A stretch of 64,000 nucleotides of DNA from Lepidodermella squamata (taxonomy: Eukaryota; Animalia; Gastrotricha): NCBI GenBank assembly GCA_047495785.1, contig JBLDXI010000019.1, positions 1,674,001-1,738,000 on the forward strand, in the 5' to 3' direction. The position numbers were made by a program, and so were the translations under genes. Every line of letters begins with the position of its first letter. Within the stretch, counting starts at the first letter, position 1. The notes beneath the pieces were generated by a model. It did not search any database. It was given only the letters and a program-made list of their open reading frames with translations, and was not told the DNA's origin. This document shows positions 1 to 10,983 of this stretch, piece by piece.

Positions 1-1353
1 GGTGCCATCCTCGCCCTGAACAAGAGTGAAACAATTCTGAAAAGAGACTACAACCTTACTCTCAGAGATTTCGCGGCCTACCCAAAGCTGATTGGGAGTG
101 TTGTTAACCAATCGGCTGCAGAGTTGGATTTTATTGGAATTCGACTCGGGAGGATGAAATATTCCCCCAGACTAGAGATGGACATTGAAAACATGTGGGT
201 TGGTCAATGGACGAGGCAGACGAATGAAGTCAGAATGCTGTTTAAGGTATATCTGATCGATAGTGGCTTTGACATCAATATTTCGTCTTATTCGATGCAA
301 CTGTTGAATGAACCAAAGTGGAAGACTCAGTCGAAAGATGCTCCTAAAGACCTGTCTACTGTCATCCATAGATCGGACGAAATTCATGTTATAGCAGTTG
401 GGATTCTTGTAACGTTAGCTGGACTAAATTGCATTTTTCATATCATTCAATTCTCCGTCATTCTGAAAGCTAAGAACGGCATATATTTTGATAAGGATGC
501 CAAGTCTTACTTATATTTTGGGTTGGTCCTCCTCGATTTTGGTGCAGTTTTCTCTGTTTTGGAGGGTACTACTCATATGGTGGTCTTCTGCAGTTTAAAA
601 ATAATTTTCTCATCACTTGGACTAACCCTATGTAATGGCGTCCTCTTAAGCTTAGGATTAGCCATTGTAAAACTTGCGAATTTCCCACGCAAGCTTCGAA
701 AATCATCGAACGTCGAAACGACCTATTTGCCCTTGCAGAACATGAGTAAACGAAGTTCTATTATGGAGCACCGACGAGCGTCCTCTATCTTGAGCATACC
801 CGCCGACATCCAGCAACGGCTTTCTACAATTTCACTATCGAAAGTGACCACGAAATCGCGAAAAATCATCCGTTGGATTCAGTTGGCTTTGGTTTCAGTC
901 TGTGCCTTACTCCTTTTGATTTGGCTCTGCGGTGTCAATCCATTAAGCAACAGACTATTCACCTCGGAGGTCATGTTTGATGAGGCATCAGATTCGTATT
1001 TTGCCATCGATGTCATGTTGTGTTCTTCTGATAACTTTTCGTATTGGCTCCTGGCTCTCGTCGCGCTTAACAGCTTTTTACTAATCATAAGCGGTCTGTT
1101 TTCTTACCAAATGGGTACTTTGTCGGTCCCAAGTGACTGTGAAAGGGAATATAAAGCTGTCCGTTTCAGCATTGTGAATTCGGGCGTTGTGTTTTTCGCT
1201 TTTGTTCTGATTTTCGCCTTATTTTCATCACCAACAATCCCACACTGGATTGCAGATGTCGTTCTTGCCGTAGGCAACACCATGTATTCTTCAACTGATG
1301 GCTTCATCGCTTATTTCTTCATGAGAAGTCAGAGAAACTACAACGTGACATAG
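1..1353 (+). CDS. Class C GPCR, GABA-B-receptor-like (5'-truncated by window edge; end of Venus flytrap + 7TM)
   Basis: Frame is open from base 1 (GAILALNKSE...VVNQSAAELDFIG) and aligns with the paralogs at 1979 and 10984. Seven hydrophobic helices, no Cys-rich linker, no introns. Confidence 0.8.
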   Translation, partial: GAILALNKSETILKRDYNLTLRDFAAYPKLIGSVVNQSAAELDFIGIRLGRMKYSPRLEMDIENMWVGQWTRQTNEVRMLFKVYLIDSGFDINISSYSMQLLNEPKWKTQSKDAPKDLSTVIHRSDEIHVIAVGILVTLAGLNCIFHIIQFSVILKAKNGIYFDKDAKSYLYFGLVLLDFGAVFSVLEGTTHMVVFCSLKIIFSSLGLTLCNGVLLSLGLAIVKLANFPRKLRKSSNVETTYLPLQNMSKRSSIMEHRRASSILSIPADIQQRLSTISLSKVTTKSRKIIRWIQLALVSVCALLLLIWLCGVNPLSNRLFTSEVMFDEASDSYFAIDVMLCSSDNFSYWLLALVALNSFLLIISGLFSYQMGTLSVPSDCEREYKAVRFSIVNSGVVFFAFVLIFALFSSPTIPHWIADVVLAVGNTMYSSTDGFIAYFFMRSQRNYNVT

Positions 1354-1508
1354 TAGCTTTGATTTTCATCCGCCTTTCGCATATACCCCCGCAGCACGTT
1401 TGTAAACCTTTTAGCCTCAACGTTTGATTTCGTGTATGAAATTTCATAGTGTTAGTTGACATTGAGCTTAGAATGCTGGGTGATGATTGCATCAGACAAA
1501 TCACTCAT

Positions 1509-1870
1509 CGCCTATAAAACATCTTAAAATTTGCAATTTCTGGAAAATATTATCAATAATTGTAAATAAACAATGCCTCATTTCTTGAGTTCTGTGTTCC
1601 CAATGAAAAACCATAATTAAAAAAATATGCCATTCGAGCACAAATTTGAAAATGTGTCATGCGGAAGTTAATGTTAATGTTCAGGCTAAAAAGCGTGTTG
1701 CGCTTCGATTTGTGAATCACTAAAACATCCCGCACATAATGCCTGTTTTTGCTCTGCGACGGCGACGTTAGGCGGAATTCCGTCTCTAACAGCCCAGCCT
1801 TGTCGTGCCCATTCCAAAGTCAAAAAGGACAGCAATGCGATGATTTTTCCAGGCGGCGGCTACATAGCAT
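1509..1870 (+). promoter_or_regulatory. Upstream blocks shared with the paralogous GPCR promoter (CGCCTATAAAA; AAGTCAAAAAGGACAGCAAT..TTTCCAGGCGGCGGCTA)
   Basis: The same two blocks recur at about 10806-10816 and 10890-10933 upstream of the paralog, although the surrounding sequence has diverged. Confidence 0.4.
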
Positions 1871-1978
1871 TTTAAATAGTTTTCAACATGAGACGCTTTA
1901 TGCACCTACTCGAAGAATAATAATAATCATATCAAACCGGATTATATGGTTTATTCGGCCACTTTTGCGATTTTCAAA

Positions 1979-4405
1979 ATGCGGGGGGAGATTCTCATCG
2001 TTTTAGTTGCTATTTTTCTACCTGGTAGCTTACAGATCGAAGACAGGACAATTCTAATCCCTGGACTGATTCTTTTCGACGAAAGAGGCAACGTCAGCTA
2101 TAAGACATGCCTAGCTACTCGAAAGGTGGTAATCGACCATATCAATGCGAGGGATGACATTCTTCCGGGCTACAAACTCGAAATCGAATCAATCGATGAA
2201 GGCTCTGGTGCTTTCACAGCAGCTCGGAGTTTCTTCAATTTCTACAACAGATGGGAATCGGCTCATCTCAACGGATCCTTAACCATTTCTCCTGTAGTCA
2301 TGGGCCCGACTGTCTCCTGCCAATCTGTCGCTCATTCGCTGAAAATGATGAGTATGATCGAAATTACTGAGCAATGCAACGGGCCTTATCTAACTGGCCT
2401 GAAACAGAAGTATCTGACGAATATGTATCGAATGCTACAACCATCCCAGCTATCTGTAGTCGCAGTTCTTCTATTCCAGTTGCAAATGAAGTGGAAGCAA
2501 ACTGGAGTTATTTCAAACTACGCGAATCCTAACGACTACACCAATGCTCAAACTTTACAGCGGCTGTCAGTCGCGAATGGCATTGATGTTATCTACTCTG
2601 GGCTGGATGATGGGGAAATCACTGAAACAACACTGATTACCATGAAGTCAAGCGGGGCGAGGATTTTTAGTATGATAACATCATTTGTCCCGGCTTGTAT
2701 CAAGTTACTTTGTAGAACTCATCAATATGGAATGAGATCACCTCAATACGTTTTCATCCTCCTATTCAGTTGCTACTTCCCACCCGATAGTTCGCAATTG
2801 ATGCTGCCAGAAGGTTGCACTCGTCAAATGATCAATGAGCAATTGAAAACAACCATTTGGGCTGGTCTTTATCGAGGATCAATGGAAACTGCTATGAGCA
2901 CTTCTTTCGGCTATCAATCTTCCTGGTTCCAGGAGCAAGTTGCCAAAGAACTGAACTATGCCCCGACATCGGATGGGGATAATCTACCGATATGCCACGA
3001 CGTTGCTATGGCAACAGCTTTAACCCTGGACAGAGCTGATAAAACGTTGAAAAGCTATCACAATTCTTCGCTAACTAATTTCAGCTCAAATCCAACACTT
3101 GTTTCTGCGGTGATCAACCAAGCTGCGAGGCAGATGGATTTCATGGGGCTGAGAATAGGTCGTGTTCAGTACTCGCGTGATATCGAGGTTATCAACGACC
3201 GGATGTTGATAGGCCAATGGCATAGAAACAGTCTAAGGTTTCTGTTCCGTGCTCAGCGGAGAGATAGCGAAACAACACTTAACGTGTCAGCTTACGATCT
3301 AATAACGATTAATTTCACCATCTGGCCAACAAAACATAACAGTCCGCCGAGTGATTTGTCGAAAGTTTCTGAAATCCTAGAGCTGCCAAATGAAACTGTG
3401 CAAGGGACACTGTCTTCTATCGCAATCCTAGGAATAATCGTCACTTCAATTCAATTTGCGACCTACGTGAAGAAGACCCGGAAACCCGGCTGCAGCTTAG
3501 CCTTCAAGAGCTTGGCGTTCAAATTTCCACTCCTAGCCGGGAGTATCGTATTGAATTTGAACAGCATGTTAACTGTACTTCTACCTGCATCGTATCCGCT
3601 ACTTGAGTGTAACTTGAGATTCATCCTAACAACCATTGGCTTCGTGTTATTTGACGCCGTGATCATAACTCAAGCAACAATCATTTCTCATCTTACAACA
3701 CCGATTCAAAAGCTGAAGAAGAAGAGAAATCCATCAAAAAGCTTGAAGTCGATACGAGTTAACAAGGCGGAGGTGATGTCAACTGACAGGGTGGACCCTG
3801 CGAAATTAAAAGAGCTGAAATTCGACATAACTCGCCGAATTTGCCTAATCACAATTATAAGCTTCACCATTTTGGTAGTATGGCTGTCAGGGGTTGATAG
3901 AGTCTCAGCCGAATTCTTACCTTCACCCATTCACTATAGCGAAATTGAGGATACCTATTGCAGGAGAATCAACTTGTACTGCACCTCCAAGTACTTACAA
4001 AATTGGCTGGAGGCTCTGCTAGCAATTCACGGCTGTTATCTCATCTCATCTATGTTCATCGCGAATCGTAATAATAGGAACAAGGAGAAGATGACCCCCG
4101 AGTTCAAACTTGTCCGTTTGGCCTCGATTAACTCAACGGTTCTTTCGGCTTGTATCGTTCTTGTGATGTTAATTTTTTTGACTTCGACCAGTTCGCCGGG
4201 TTGGATGCTGAATGTTGTTCTTGGTATGGGTTGTACAATTTACTCGACGGTAACGTGTGGCGTCCTGTTTTATTGCCCTTCGAACAACACGGTCGCCAAT
4301 CCTCCGTCGCGGCTTTTCGGAGTCGTGTCTTCGGAAAATGCGACACGGGTGGCGACCCCGAAACATCAGCTCAAGACGAAAGATGTTGTGAAGGTTGTCG
4401 GGTAG
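1979..4405 (+). CDS. Class C GPCR, GABA-B-receptor-like (signal peptide, Venus flytrap, 7TM), intronless
   Basis: INARDDILPGYKLE N-terminal motif is typical of GABA-B/ANF-receptor flytraps, followed by 7 TM helices. ATG 1979 chosen because it matches the paralog start context ttttcaaaATG. Confidence 0.85.
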   Translation: MRGEILIVLVAIFLPGSLQIEDRTILIPGLILFDERGNVSYKTCLATRKVVIDHINARDDILPGYKLEIESIDEGSGAFTAARSFFNFYNRWESAHLNGSLTISPVVMGPTVSCQSVAHSLKMMSMIEITEQCNGPYLTGLKQKYLTNMYRMLQPSQLSVVAVLLFQLQMKWKQTGVISNYANPNDYTNAQTLQRLSVANGIDVIYSGLDDGEITETTLITMKSSGARIFSMITSFVPACIKLLCRTHQYGMRSPQYVFILLFSCYFPPDSSQLMLPEGCTRQMINEQLKTTIWAGLYRGSMETAMSTSFGYQSSWFQEQVAKELNYAPTSDGDNLPICHDVAMATALTLDRADKTLKSYHNSSLTNFSSNPTLVSAVINQAARQMDFMGLRIGRVQYSRDIEVINDRMLIGQWHRNSLRFLFRAQRRDSETTLNVSAYDLITINFTIWPTKHNSPPSDLSKVSEILELPNETVQGTLSSIAILGIIVTSIQFATYVKKTRKPGCSLAFKSLAFKFPLLAGSIVLNLNSMLTVLLPASYPLLECNLRFILTTIGFVLFDAVIITQATIISHLTTPIQKLKKKRNPSKSLKSIRVNKAEVMSTDRVDPAKLKELKFDITRRICLITIISFTILVVWLSGVDRVSAEFLPSPIHYSEIEDTYCRRINLYCTSKYLQNWLEALLAIHGCYLISSMFIANRNNRNKEKMTPEFKLVRLASINSTVLSACIVLVMLIFLTSTSSPGWMLNVVLGMGCTIYSTVTCGVLFYCPSNNTVANPPSRLFGVVSSENATRVATPKHQLKTKDVVKVVG

Positions 4406-4854
4406 ATTGATTGGCATTGAGTGTATCATAATTTCAAATGAAGTTCTTTAATAAAAATGAAATAAAAGAAGTTCGGTCCCAAGGTTTTGGCGAGTTAAAC
4501 CGACTAAAATCGCATAGAAAAGTTAGGAGAATCGATAGGAAGTTTGATTTGACCTAGTTTCCGACAGAATTATATTATCTGTTTTTTCAGCATTTCTTGC
4601 TATTGATTCGAAACAGGAAATGCCCACCGATGTAATTCGAAAAAATGAATCAAAATATTCTTTACCCAGCCCGTTTAAATAATTGTGAAAAGCTAGCTGA
4701 CCATCTGGTTATTCATATTTAACAGCGTCCACCTGTTAACTGATTTTGTCACAGCAATTATTTGCACATTCTGGTGAAAACCCATTTGGTTAAGAATATT
4801 GAGAAAAAACCTGTGGGGAACATTGCATGATTCGGTCCAATTGCGCCAAAAAAT

Positions 4855-6623
4855 ATGGAGATTTTATTGATAACTCTAACAGTTCTATTCATTTCTATTA
4901 ATCTTTCACATTGCGATGAGTATTACAACGATGAAGTTGACGATGATTCCTTTGGATGGCAGGGCAATGAACGACTCGAAAATCAGGAAATCGAATCTGT
5001 TACAACTAAGGCAGATGAACAAGACAAAATTTTGAAAACAATCTCAACGCCTTACTTCAGCTCCGGCAAAAATTACCCAGCTAATGTAACAAAAACATGG
5101 ACCCTACTCGCTCCATCAGAAAATTCTTGTTTAAATCTCAAATTCAACGGTTAGTTTGAAACAATTAATGTTATTTTCATTGAAATTTCAAAAAAATTAC
5201 AGAATTTGATCTTGAGAATTCGACCGATTGCGTGAACGATTTCGTCGAAATTCGTGATGGAAAATCGATAACTGATTCTCTTCTAGCTCGAATTTGCGGA
5301 AAACTCGAAAACTCGAAGATGAGTTTCATCTCTTCAAGTAACTTACTTTCAATTCGATTTCTAAGCAACGAAAACGAAATAGCTGGCCGCGGATTTTCTG
5401 CCTCGATTTCAATCGCGAAATCTTGCGCGAAGAGCTACAACTTTCGAGTAATTGAATCGAAAATTGATCTCGAATCTATTCATCGGCTTGAACCGAAAAT
5501 TGAGAATTTATTCCGATATTACGACCGTGAATTGTTCACTACCACCTCGACTACGACTATTTCTACCAAGAAAGTTGTCATGACTTGCGGACGCCCAGCG
5601 ATTCAACCTAATATAATTGAAGATCGAATCGTTGGCGGGGTCGAAGCTAGGCCCCATTCGTGGCCATGGCAGATTCAGTTACGCTTCAAAAACTACCCGA
5701 TTTGCGGCGGGAGTTTACTGAGCCGAAAATGGGCCATCACCGCCCAACATTGCTTCGAAAAAACGGCGCGAGATCCGCGGCAGTTCACGGTCGTTCTCGG
5801 CAAACATCACAAATTCGACCCAGATTTTCGGAGTGCGAACCTTGGCGGCGGGTTGATCAATCAGGAATACAGCGTTAAATCGATAGTTTTACATCCGAAT
5901 TACCGAAATCGGACAAAATTCGAGGCGGATATTGCGTTGGTCGAATTGGGCGGAGAAGCGATTTTCACGAATGAAATCAGCCCGGTTTGTTTGCCGCCTC
6001 AATTGCCGAGAAACTTGGCGAGTGCGAAAGTCAGACCGTTGCCTGGGTCGATTTGCATCGTTACTGGATTCGGTGAGACAGAACAGACTGGTGGGGAAGT
6101 TTTCTTGAAGCAAACAACGCTGGGTATTCTCTCGAATATTCAATGCATGAAAATGGAAAAGCGACACAAAGTGAGTCATCATTCAATTCAGAATTTTTCC
6201 AGTTAGTTCCAAGATCCAAGCTTCATCTTTTTTATTTCAAAGTTGAAAAAATAGTTGAATTTGAAAATTTAATTAAATTTTGATAAATTATTTTTTCAGC
6301 TCACTGAAAATATGTTTTGTGCTTACCGCGATTTCAACGACGCATGTCAGGGGGATTCAGGTAAGTTTCCCTGAAACGGTGCCCATCAACTATGAATGAT
6401 TGCTTCATTCTCTAAAGGTGGGCCTTTAGTATGCGAAAACAATGGAACATGGTGGCTTGAAGGCGTGGTTTCATACGGTTTCGGCTGCGCAGGTATTTTT
6501 TCGAAGCAAAATGTCAACGTTTTTAGATCGTGAATTTATTGTTTTTCAGAGCGAAATTCGCCAGGAGTCTACATCAGAGTTCGATCATTCGCTGATTGGA
6601 TACTTCGCCATGTCATGCCATGA
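4855..6623 (+). CDS. Secreted CUB-domain + trypsin-like S1 serine protease (5 exons, about 490 aa)
   Basis: Exons 4855-5149, 5203-6170, 6300-6360, 6418-6492, 6550-6623 join in frame at GT-AG sites. CUB domain (FDLE..C..DFVEIRDG), RIVGG activation site, TAQHC/DIAL/GDSGG triad, Asp in the S1 pocket (DACQG). Confidence 0.92.
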
Positions 6624-6859
6624 AGGTTTATGGATACTAGACTCAACCTTTAATGCCTTTCAACCGTTTGATAGCATGGATTTAATAAAACTAATTTGCT
6701 TGGTTCTTATTTGGATTTCTCGCAACCTAGAACGAGCGTTTCAGCCGAAGCCAACACAATGTCCATCCACCTACGCCTCTCCTCAGTATGTAACCTGATT
6801 GAGAAGTTTTTAATTAGCTTTATTTACGAAATTTCAATGAATTATTACATCAAAATTTC

Positions 6860-6968
6860 AAAGATCGGCCTAAGCCGTCGTGGATGCCCGGACGCATCCC
6901 TGCCTAGGCAAGCCGAAACCGTCCCAAGGTCGCCTTGTCTGCGGCCTTGAACTGCAGCCCAGACACAA
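6860..6968 (-). pseudogene. Truncated copy (3' half only) of the unknown ncRNA family, type A
   Basis: Has the 3' double hairpin and the GAACTGC.GCCCAGAC segment shared with the 14327 copy. Lacks the 5' stem and the promoter boxes. Confidence 0.65.
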
Positions 6969-7580
6969 AAGTCTTATTCAATTCTTGAGATTTGCTCATG
7001 TTAGGCAAAGCCATTATTTTCAGGTGTGGATAATCAGCTGCGCCGGATTCGATGTTTCAGTTTTTTCACCTTTGAAAATGTCAAGCAAATCGAGTTAACC
7101 GACAAGGGGTTCCCAATTCCTGGCCCACTTCGACGTTTTAAGAGACACTATTTGTTTAATTTTCTGAAAATCATGTTTATTTCAAAATGCTTTATATTTG
7201 CTACTTCTGGGAAGATAATCGTCCAAGGGAACAGTTGGTGGTGACACGAATTTTGTTGTTTATCTTATGTGAGCGCAATAGAGGTAACACGGCGCTTTGT
7301 TTAAATTAAATTAAACCATCGTCAGACGTAACGGTAAGCCTTGCAAAATGTTGTTCAAAATTTTCGATAAATTAACTAATTTTGTTCTCGCGAGTGGACC
7401 TGTTGGGACCAGCAACAAAAGTCAATTTGAAAATAATCAAAATTATTTATTGAAAACCCCTAGTTAGTAAAGCAACATCATAGGAATTTGAAGGACCTTT
7501 AAGCAACAAATAGCTGGCGCGATCGAGATTTGTCTCGGCTTTTCCGCCATCTGATCTTAACTTTGATTTATTCGGAATTC

Positions 7581-7847
7581 AAAAAAGCGGCCCAAGCCGC
7601 CGTGGATGCGCCCGGTCGCATCCCGAGCACAGCTCCTCATTTTCATAATAAATTCACAAAAAAACTTACCGCTGCGGATGGGGCCTAGCTGCTTTATTGA
7701 ATGAAAATTCGAAAATGCACGAAGTTGGCTAACAGTAACAGCTATGGTACACCTTAGACAGGTGACCAACAGGCAAGCAGCACGCAGGCTGGGCAGTGGC
7801 AGAGATAGACAATAACGCACACACAGACGCTTCGGCCTCTCCGCAGC
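7581..7847 (-). ncRNA. Unknown structured ncRNA, type B copy 1 (about 265 nt)
   Basis: 5' stem GCTGCGGA/TCCGCAGC, 3' GGATG..CATCC and GCGGC-TTGG-GCCGC hairpins, T6 tail. Boxes at -25..-30 (7872) and -70 (7917). Confidence 0.7.
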
Positions 7848-8176
7848 AACAAAAGGCTATCCTAAAAGCTTGACTACGTCTTTTTAGGAACCTCGGCTCT
7901 TTATGCCAATTCGTCTGCATATTCGCAAGTATTAATTGATGCATGGAAAGCGCTGACTGCCACGTGTTTAATAAAGGAAAATGCTGGCTCAATGCGTTAC
8001 GTTCGCTCAATGACCTCAGCTTAACGTCGTCGAGGTCAAACACAACAATTATTAGGCCTCTTTGATTTTAAGAGCCGAACTCAATTCAACCCTTCGAGGT
8101 GATTTTCCAGCGAAAATCGTTCTTATCAATTAATAAGTCGGTTTTTTTTTAAACGAAAATGCGGACACTGATTGCA

Positions 8177-8200
8177 TGCAAGCGGACGACCCGGCAGCAA
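8177..8200 (-). pseudogene. Deleted remnant of type C ncRNA 5' end
   Basis: tgcaagcggacgacccggcagcaa resembles 16531-16567 with an internal deletion and lies at the syntenic position between types B and D. Confidence 0.4.
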
Positions 8201-8666
8201 ATAAAATGTGTTAAAACCTGAGAGGATCGCTATGTTCCCTGTCCCAATTATTAGTTCATTAGTCCATTCTTATTATTCTAGCTAGCGCTCGTGACAGTAA
8301 TATCACGTGACGCACTTCATTATAACTCATCTAATTTGGCGTCCTCTTGGCTCTTGGCTATATAAGCCCTAAATAATAACAATAAAGATATCAGTTGATC
8401 TGCTTTACTGAACTGCCTTTTGTATTACTCATTATTCAGTCTAATTGCTGTTATTAGTTTGCCCCCGAACCAGGTCAGGGATATCAACCCTTCATTGGCG
8501 CTGAGACCCGGGACATCTTACGACCTCACTACTTTTATTTTAATTTCACCTCTCGTTACGGTATTCTTTGACCTTCGATTCTGAAATATTTTGAAATTAA
8601 GGTCGAAATTTTCGAAAATCCTCGGAACCTTCACCTATTTCAACTGAAATTTGCTTTTAGCGTTTC

Positions 8667-8841
8667 AAAGTCCGGCCTAAGCCGTCGTGGATGTCCGGTC
8701 GCATCCCGGTCCGCTAGTGTCCTGCACCGAGCGTTTACACACCTACAGTCCAGGCCGCTTCCCATGTGAAGCTTGCCACCTGAACATAGGGACTGCGGAG
8801 GGGGCTTCAATCGCAAGCCAAAGTTCCGGCCACCCCGCAGC
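8667..8841 (-). ncRNA. Unknown structured ncRNA, type D copy 1 (about 175 nt)
   Basis: Same 5' stem and 3' hairpins, with G-U pairs that work only on the minus strand. Boxes at 8866 and 8911 (ATTTGCAT). Confidence 0.72.
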
Positions 8842-9065
8842 AAATTTTAGTAAATCAAAATTCCTGGCTGCAATTTATTGTGAAAAACTTCAGTTCTAGA
8901 CAAACAATTTGCATATTATTTTTTAAAAATCAGTTTTTTTATTGATGGTTGAAGCAGCTAAAAGTCACTTGACGCAGACACGTGCACTCAATTAAATATG
9001 ATGCCAAGAACAATTTTATCTTGATTGAAATAGCCAATTATTTATTGACATTGAAATTTGGTAGA

Positions 9066-9257
9066 ATGACTATAATTTTTCTCCTGAATTTCTGAATTTC
9101 CCTGTTTATTCACGTATCGGTGAAAATGACCTGGTTCAAGACAACGCCTTCCAACCTTCAATCTCGAGTGACATCTGCATGTCGCATGGCATTGCGAAGA
9201 AGCGAAACCGAAAAAAACCCATCCAAGCAACTTCTTCATCCGCGACTTAGAAACCGA
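9066..9257 (+). pseudogene. Truncated, indel-bearing duplicate of the 5' end of the ankyrin/C-lectin gene
   Basis: Aligns to 17628-17826 with deletions and stops abruptly at a tRNA remnant. Confidence 0.8.
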
Positions 9258-9451
9258 AATTCCCGGGTCGTGGGTTCGAGCTCCACAACGGGCGGCTGCG
9301 CACTTTTTGCCAATTAGCATGGTTCAGCTCCAATATTGAGGAAAATAGCTGGCTTCTTATTTAGCAGGGAATCGAACCCTCGTCTCTCGTGAGACTTACG
9401 GGATACTAATTAATCGCAGTTTCTAAGGTTCGAGTCTCCCGGAGGGCGCCA
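9258..9451. pseudogene. Three tRNA remnants: Lys(CTT)-like 3' half (9258-9294, +), Asp-like fragment (9364-9408, -), unassigned 3' half (9410-9451, +)
   Basis: B-box T-arms GGGTCGTGGGTTCGAG..GGGCG, reverse complement of GGGAATCGAACCC..GGGATACT, and GGTTCGAGTC..GGGCG. Both + remnants are followed by T runs. Confidence 0.6.
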
Positions 9452-9632
9452 GCTTTTCAAAAACTTATTGATAGTTTAACGTTAATGTTGAGAATACCTT
9501 TATTTAAATTTGACTCACATACACGGGGGATTATCAGCTCAAATGTTAGATCGATCCACCTTAACCTTTCTCGATTTTTCGCGATAAGCATAAGCAGTGA
9601 TTTTTGCAAAAAACTCATTTCAGAGCAAAACT

Positions 9633-9704
9633 TTCCCTGACCGGGAATCGAACCCGGGCCGCCGCGGTGAAAGCGCGGAATCCTAACCACTAGACCATCA
9701 GGGA
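9633..9704 (-). tRNA. tRNA-Glu(TTC)
   Basis: TCCCTGATGGTCTAGTGGTTAGGATTCCGCGCTTTCACCGCGGCGGCCCGGGTTCGATTCCCGGTCAGGGAA forms a full cloverleaf with A and B boxes and a T4 terminator. Confidence 0.95.
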
Positions 9705-9839
9705 GATATGTATTGGGAGGCTTGTTTCGAGATGATGATCACATAGCAAGCCGAGACGCAGTTATGTGAAGTTAAATCTTGCAAGATTATGTGATGAATT
9801 TTCAAAAGATTGCTGAAATTCATAAAAGAAAAAACAAGT

Positions 9840-9911
9840 GGGCCCGCTCGGGAATTGAGCCCGAGACCGCTCGGGCCCGAAGCGAGAATCATACCCCTAG
9901 ACCAACGGACC
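9840..9911 (-). tRNA. tRNA-Pro(CGG), divergent or possible pseudogene
   Basis: GGTCCGTTGGTCTAGGGGTATGATTCTCGCTTCGGGCCCGAG...; T54 is C in the B box and there is a C-C mismatch at the base of the anticodon stem. Confidence 0.75.
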
Positions 9912-10059
9912 TGCGGTATTTAACCTTCCTGGGCTTCGAACATGACAACAGCCCCGCCTTCTCAAACCATGGAATACACAACACCATGGGCATATCTTGG
10001 AAAGAGAATCGCAGAAAAAAAATTGAATAGTACATGTCGCGTGCTTTTTTAACCAATCA

Positions 10060-10470
10060 TTTTATTTATTTTTATTTAAAGAGCTAGAACGCCCAGAAAA
10101 GGACAGCTCAGACAAGTGATCAATAGAAAAGTAAAGACAACAACAAAATTGAAAATCGAAATAGCATATAAAAAGTAGACTGATCGGGGTCAGTATAATA
10201 TCGAAATCAATGCAATAGCAAAAAATATGTGAATATTCAACAATCAGAGTAGAGCGGCATTAATGTTGCAATAGTGTAGATAAGCAACTTGGCGACATGC
10301 CTTTGCTGACTCCGCTTCATGAACGCTCGAAGGCATTTGATTCCACAAGTTTCCACAAGTCAAACACAAGACAGCTACATGTGAGTGAGAGTCTCTACGC
10401 GCTCTTCGTCACCAGGTAAACAACTTGACCTCAAGCCGACACTAGCTTATTCAGTACGTAATATCATCTT
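10060..10470 (-). mobile_element. Probable 3' end fragment of a non-LTR retrotransposon (CR1/L2/Jockey-like)
   Basis: Minus strand encodes LWNQMPSSVHEAES, resembling the LWNxLP..V..A.S terminus of LINE ORF2. It is followed by a short 3'UTR and an A-rich tail (plus-strand T-rich 10060-10077). The 5' boundary is approximate. Confidence 0.45.
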
Positions 10471-10983
10471 GTTCCGTACCTACCTTTCAGCCTGTCGCGT
10501 TGGCACGGAAGATTTTGACCTTTGACCTTGTAGCTGAGGCAATTCCGGTGGCGACATACAATCATGGCGACAACATCCAATTATGCCTAAGGGATTAATC
10601 GAAAGAAATCATTTTCCTAATGACGTCAATGACTGACAGAAGATGGATGCGACAAGGATTGTAATCACCCAAGATCACTTAACGCCTACAATATTAATCA
10701 GCAGCATGGAGAACTACTGAACTGCTGAGACCTTCTTCTATATTTGCTAACTGTGGAAAAACAATTCGCAATAGAGTGAGTATGCATTTTATGAGTGGGC
10801 GTCACCGCCTATAAAAACCCACTGCTTATTCCACTGCCTATAGCCTATAAAAAGACTTCACTTTCATCGGAAGGATCAGTACATATCCCAAGTCAAAAAG
10901 GACAGCAATTTTCCAGGCGGCGGCTAAATAGCACTTAAAACCAGATTCTTTGATTCATTTGTCCACTTCTTGCATTTTTCAAA

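Noticed and set aside
8685-8712. HDV-like ribozyme P3/L3 (AUG-UCCGGUCG-CAU)
   Set aside because: No conserved P1 or P2 partners could be found in the copies.
8671-8800. Twister ribozyme reading of the plus strand (GGCC-UAA..CCGGUC..CCGG..GGAGGGGGC)
   Set aside because: The essential UAA is not conserved across copies (CCAA, CAAA, TTTT), the L4 AAGC is absent, and G-U wobble polarity favours the minus strand.
9445-9451. Encoded CCA after a tRNA 3' half, suggesting retroposition or bacterial origin
   Set aside because: Three bases can arise by chance, and a T4 terminator follows as in an ordinary decayed nuclear tRNA gene.
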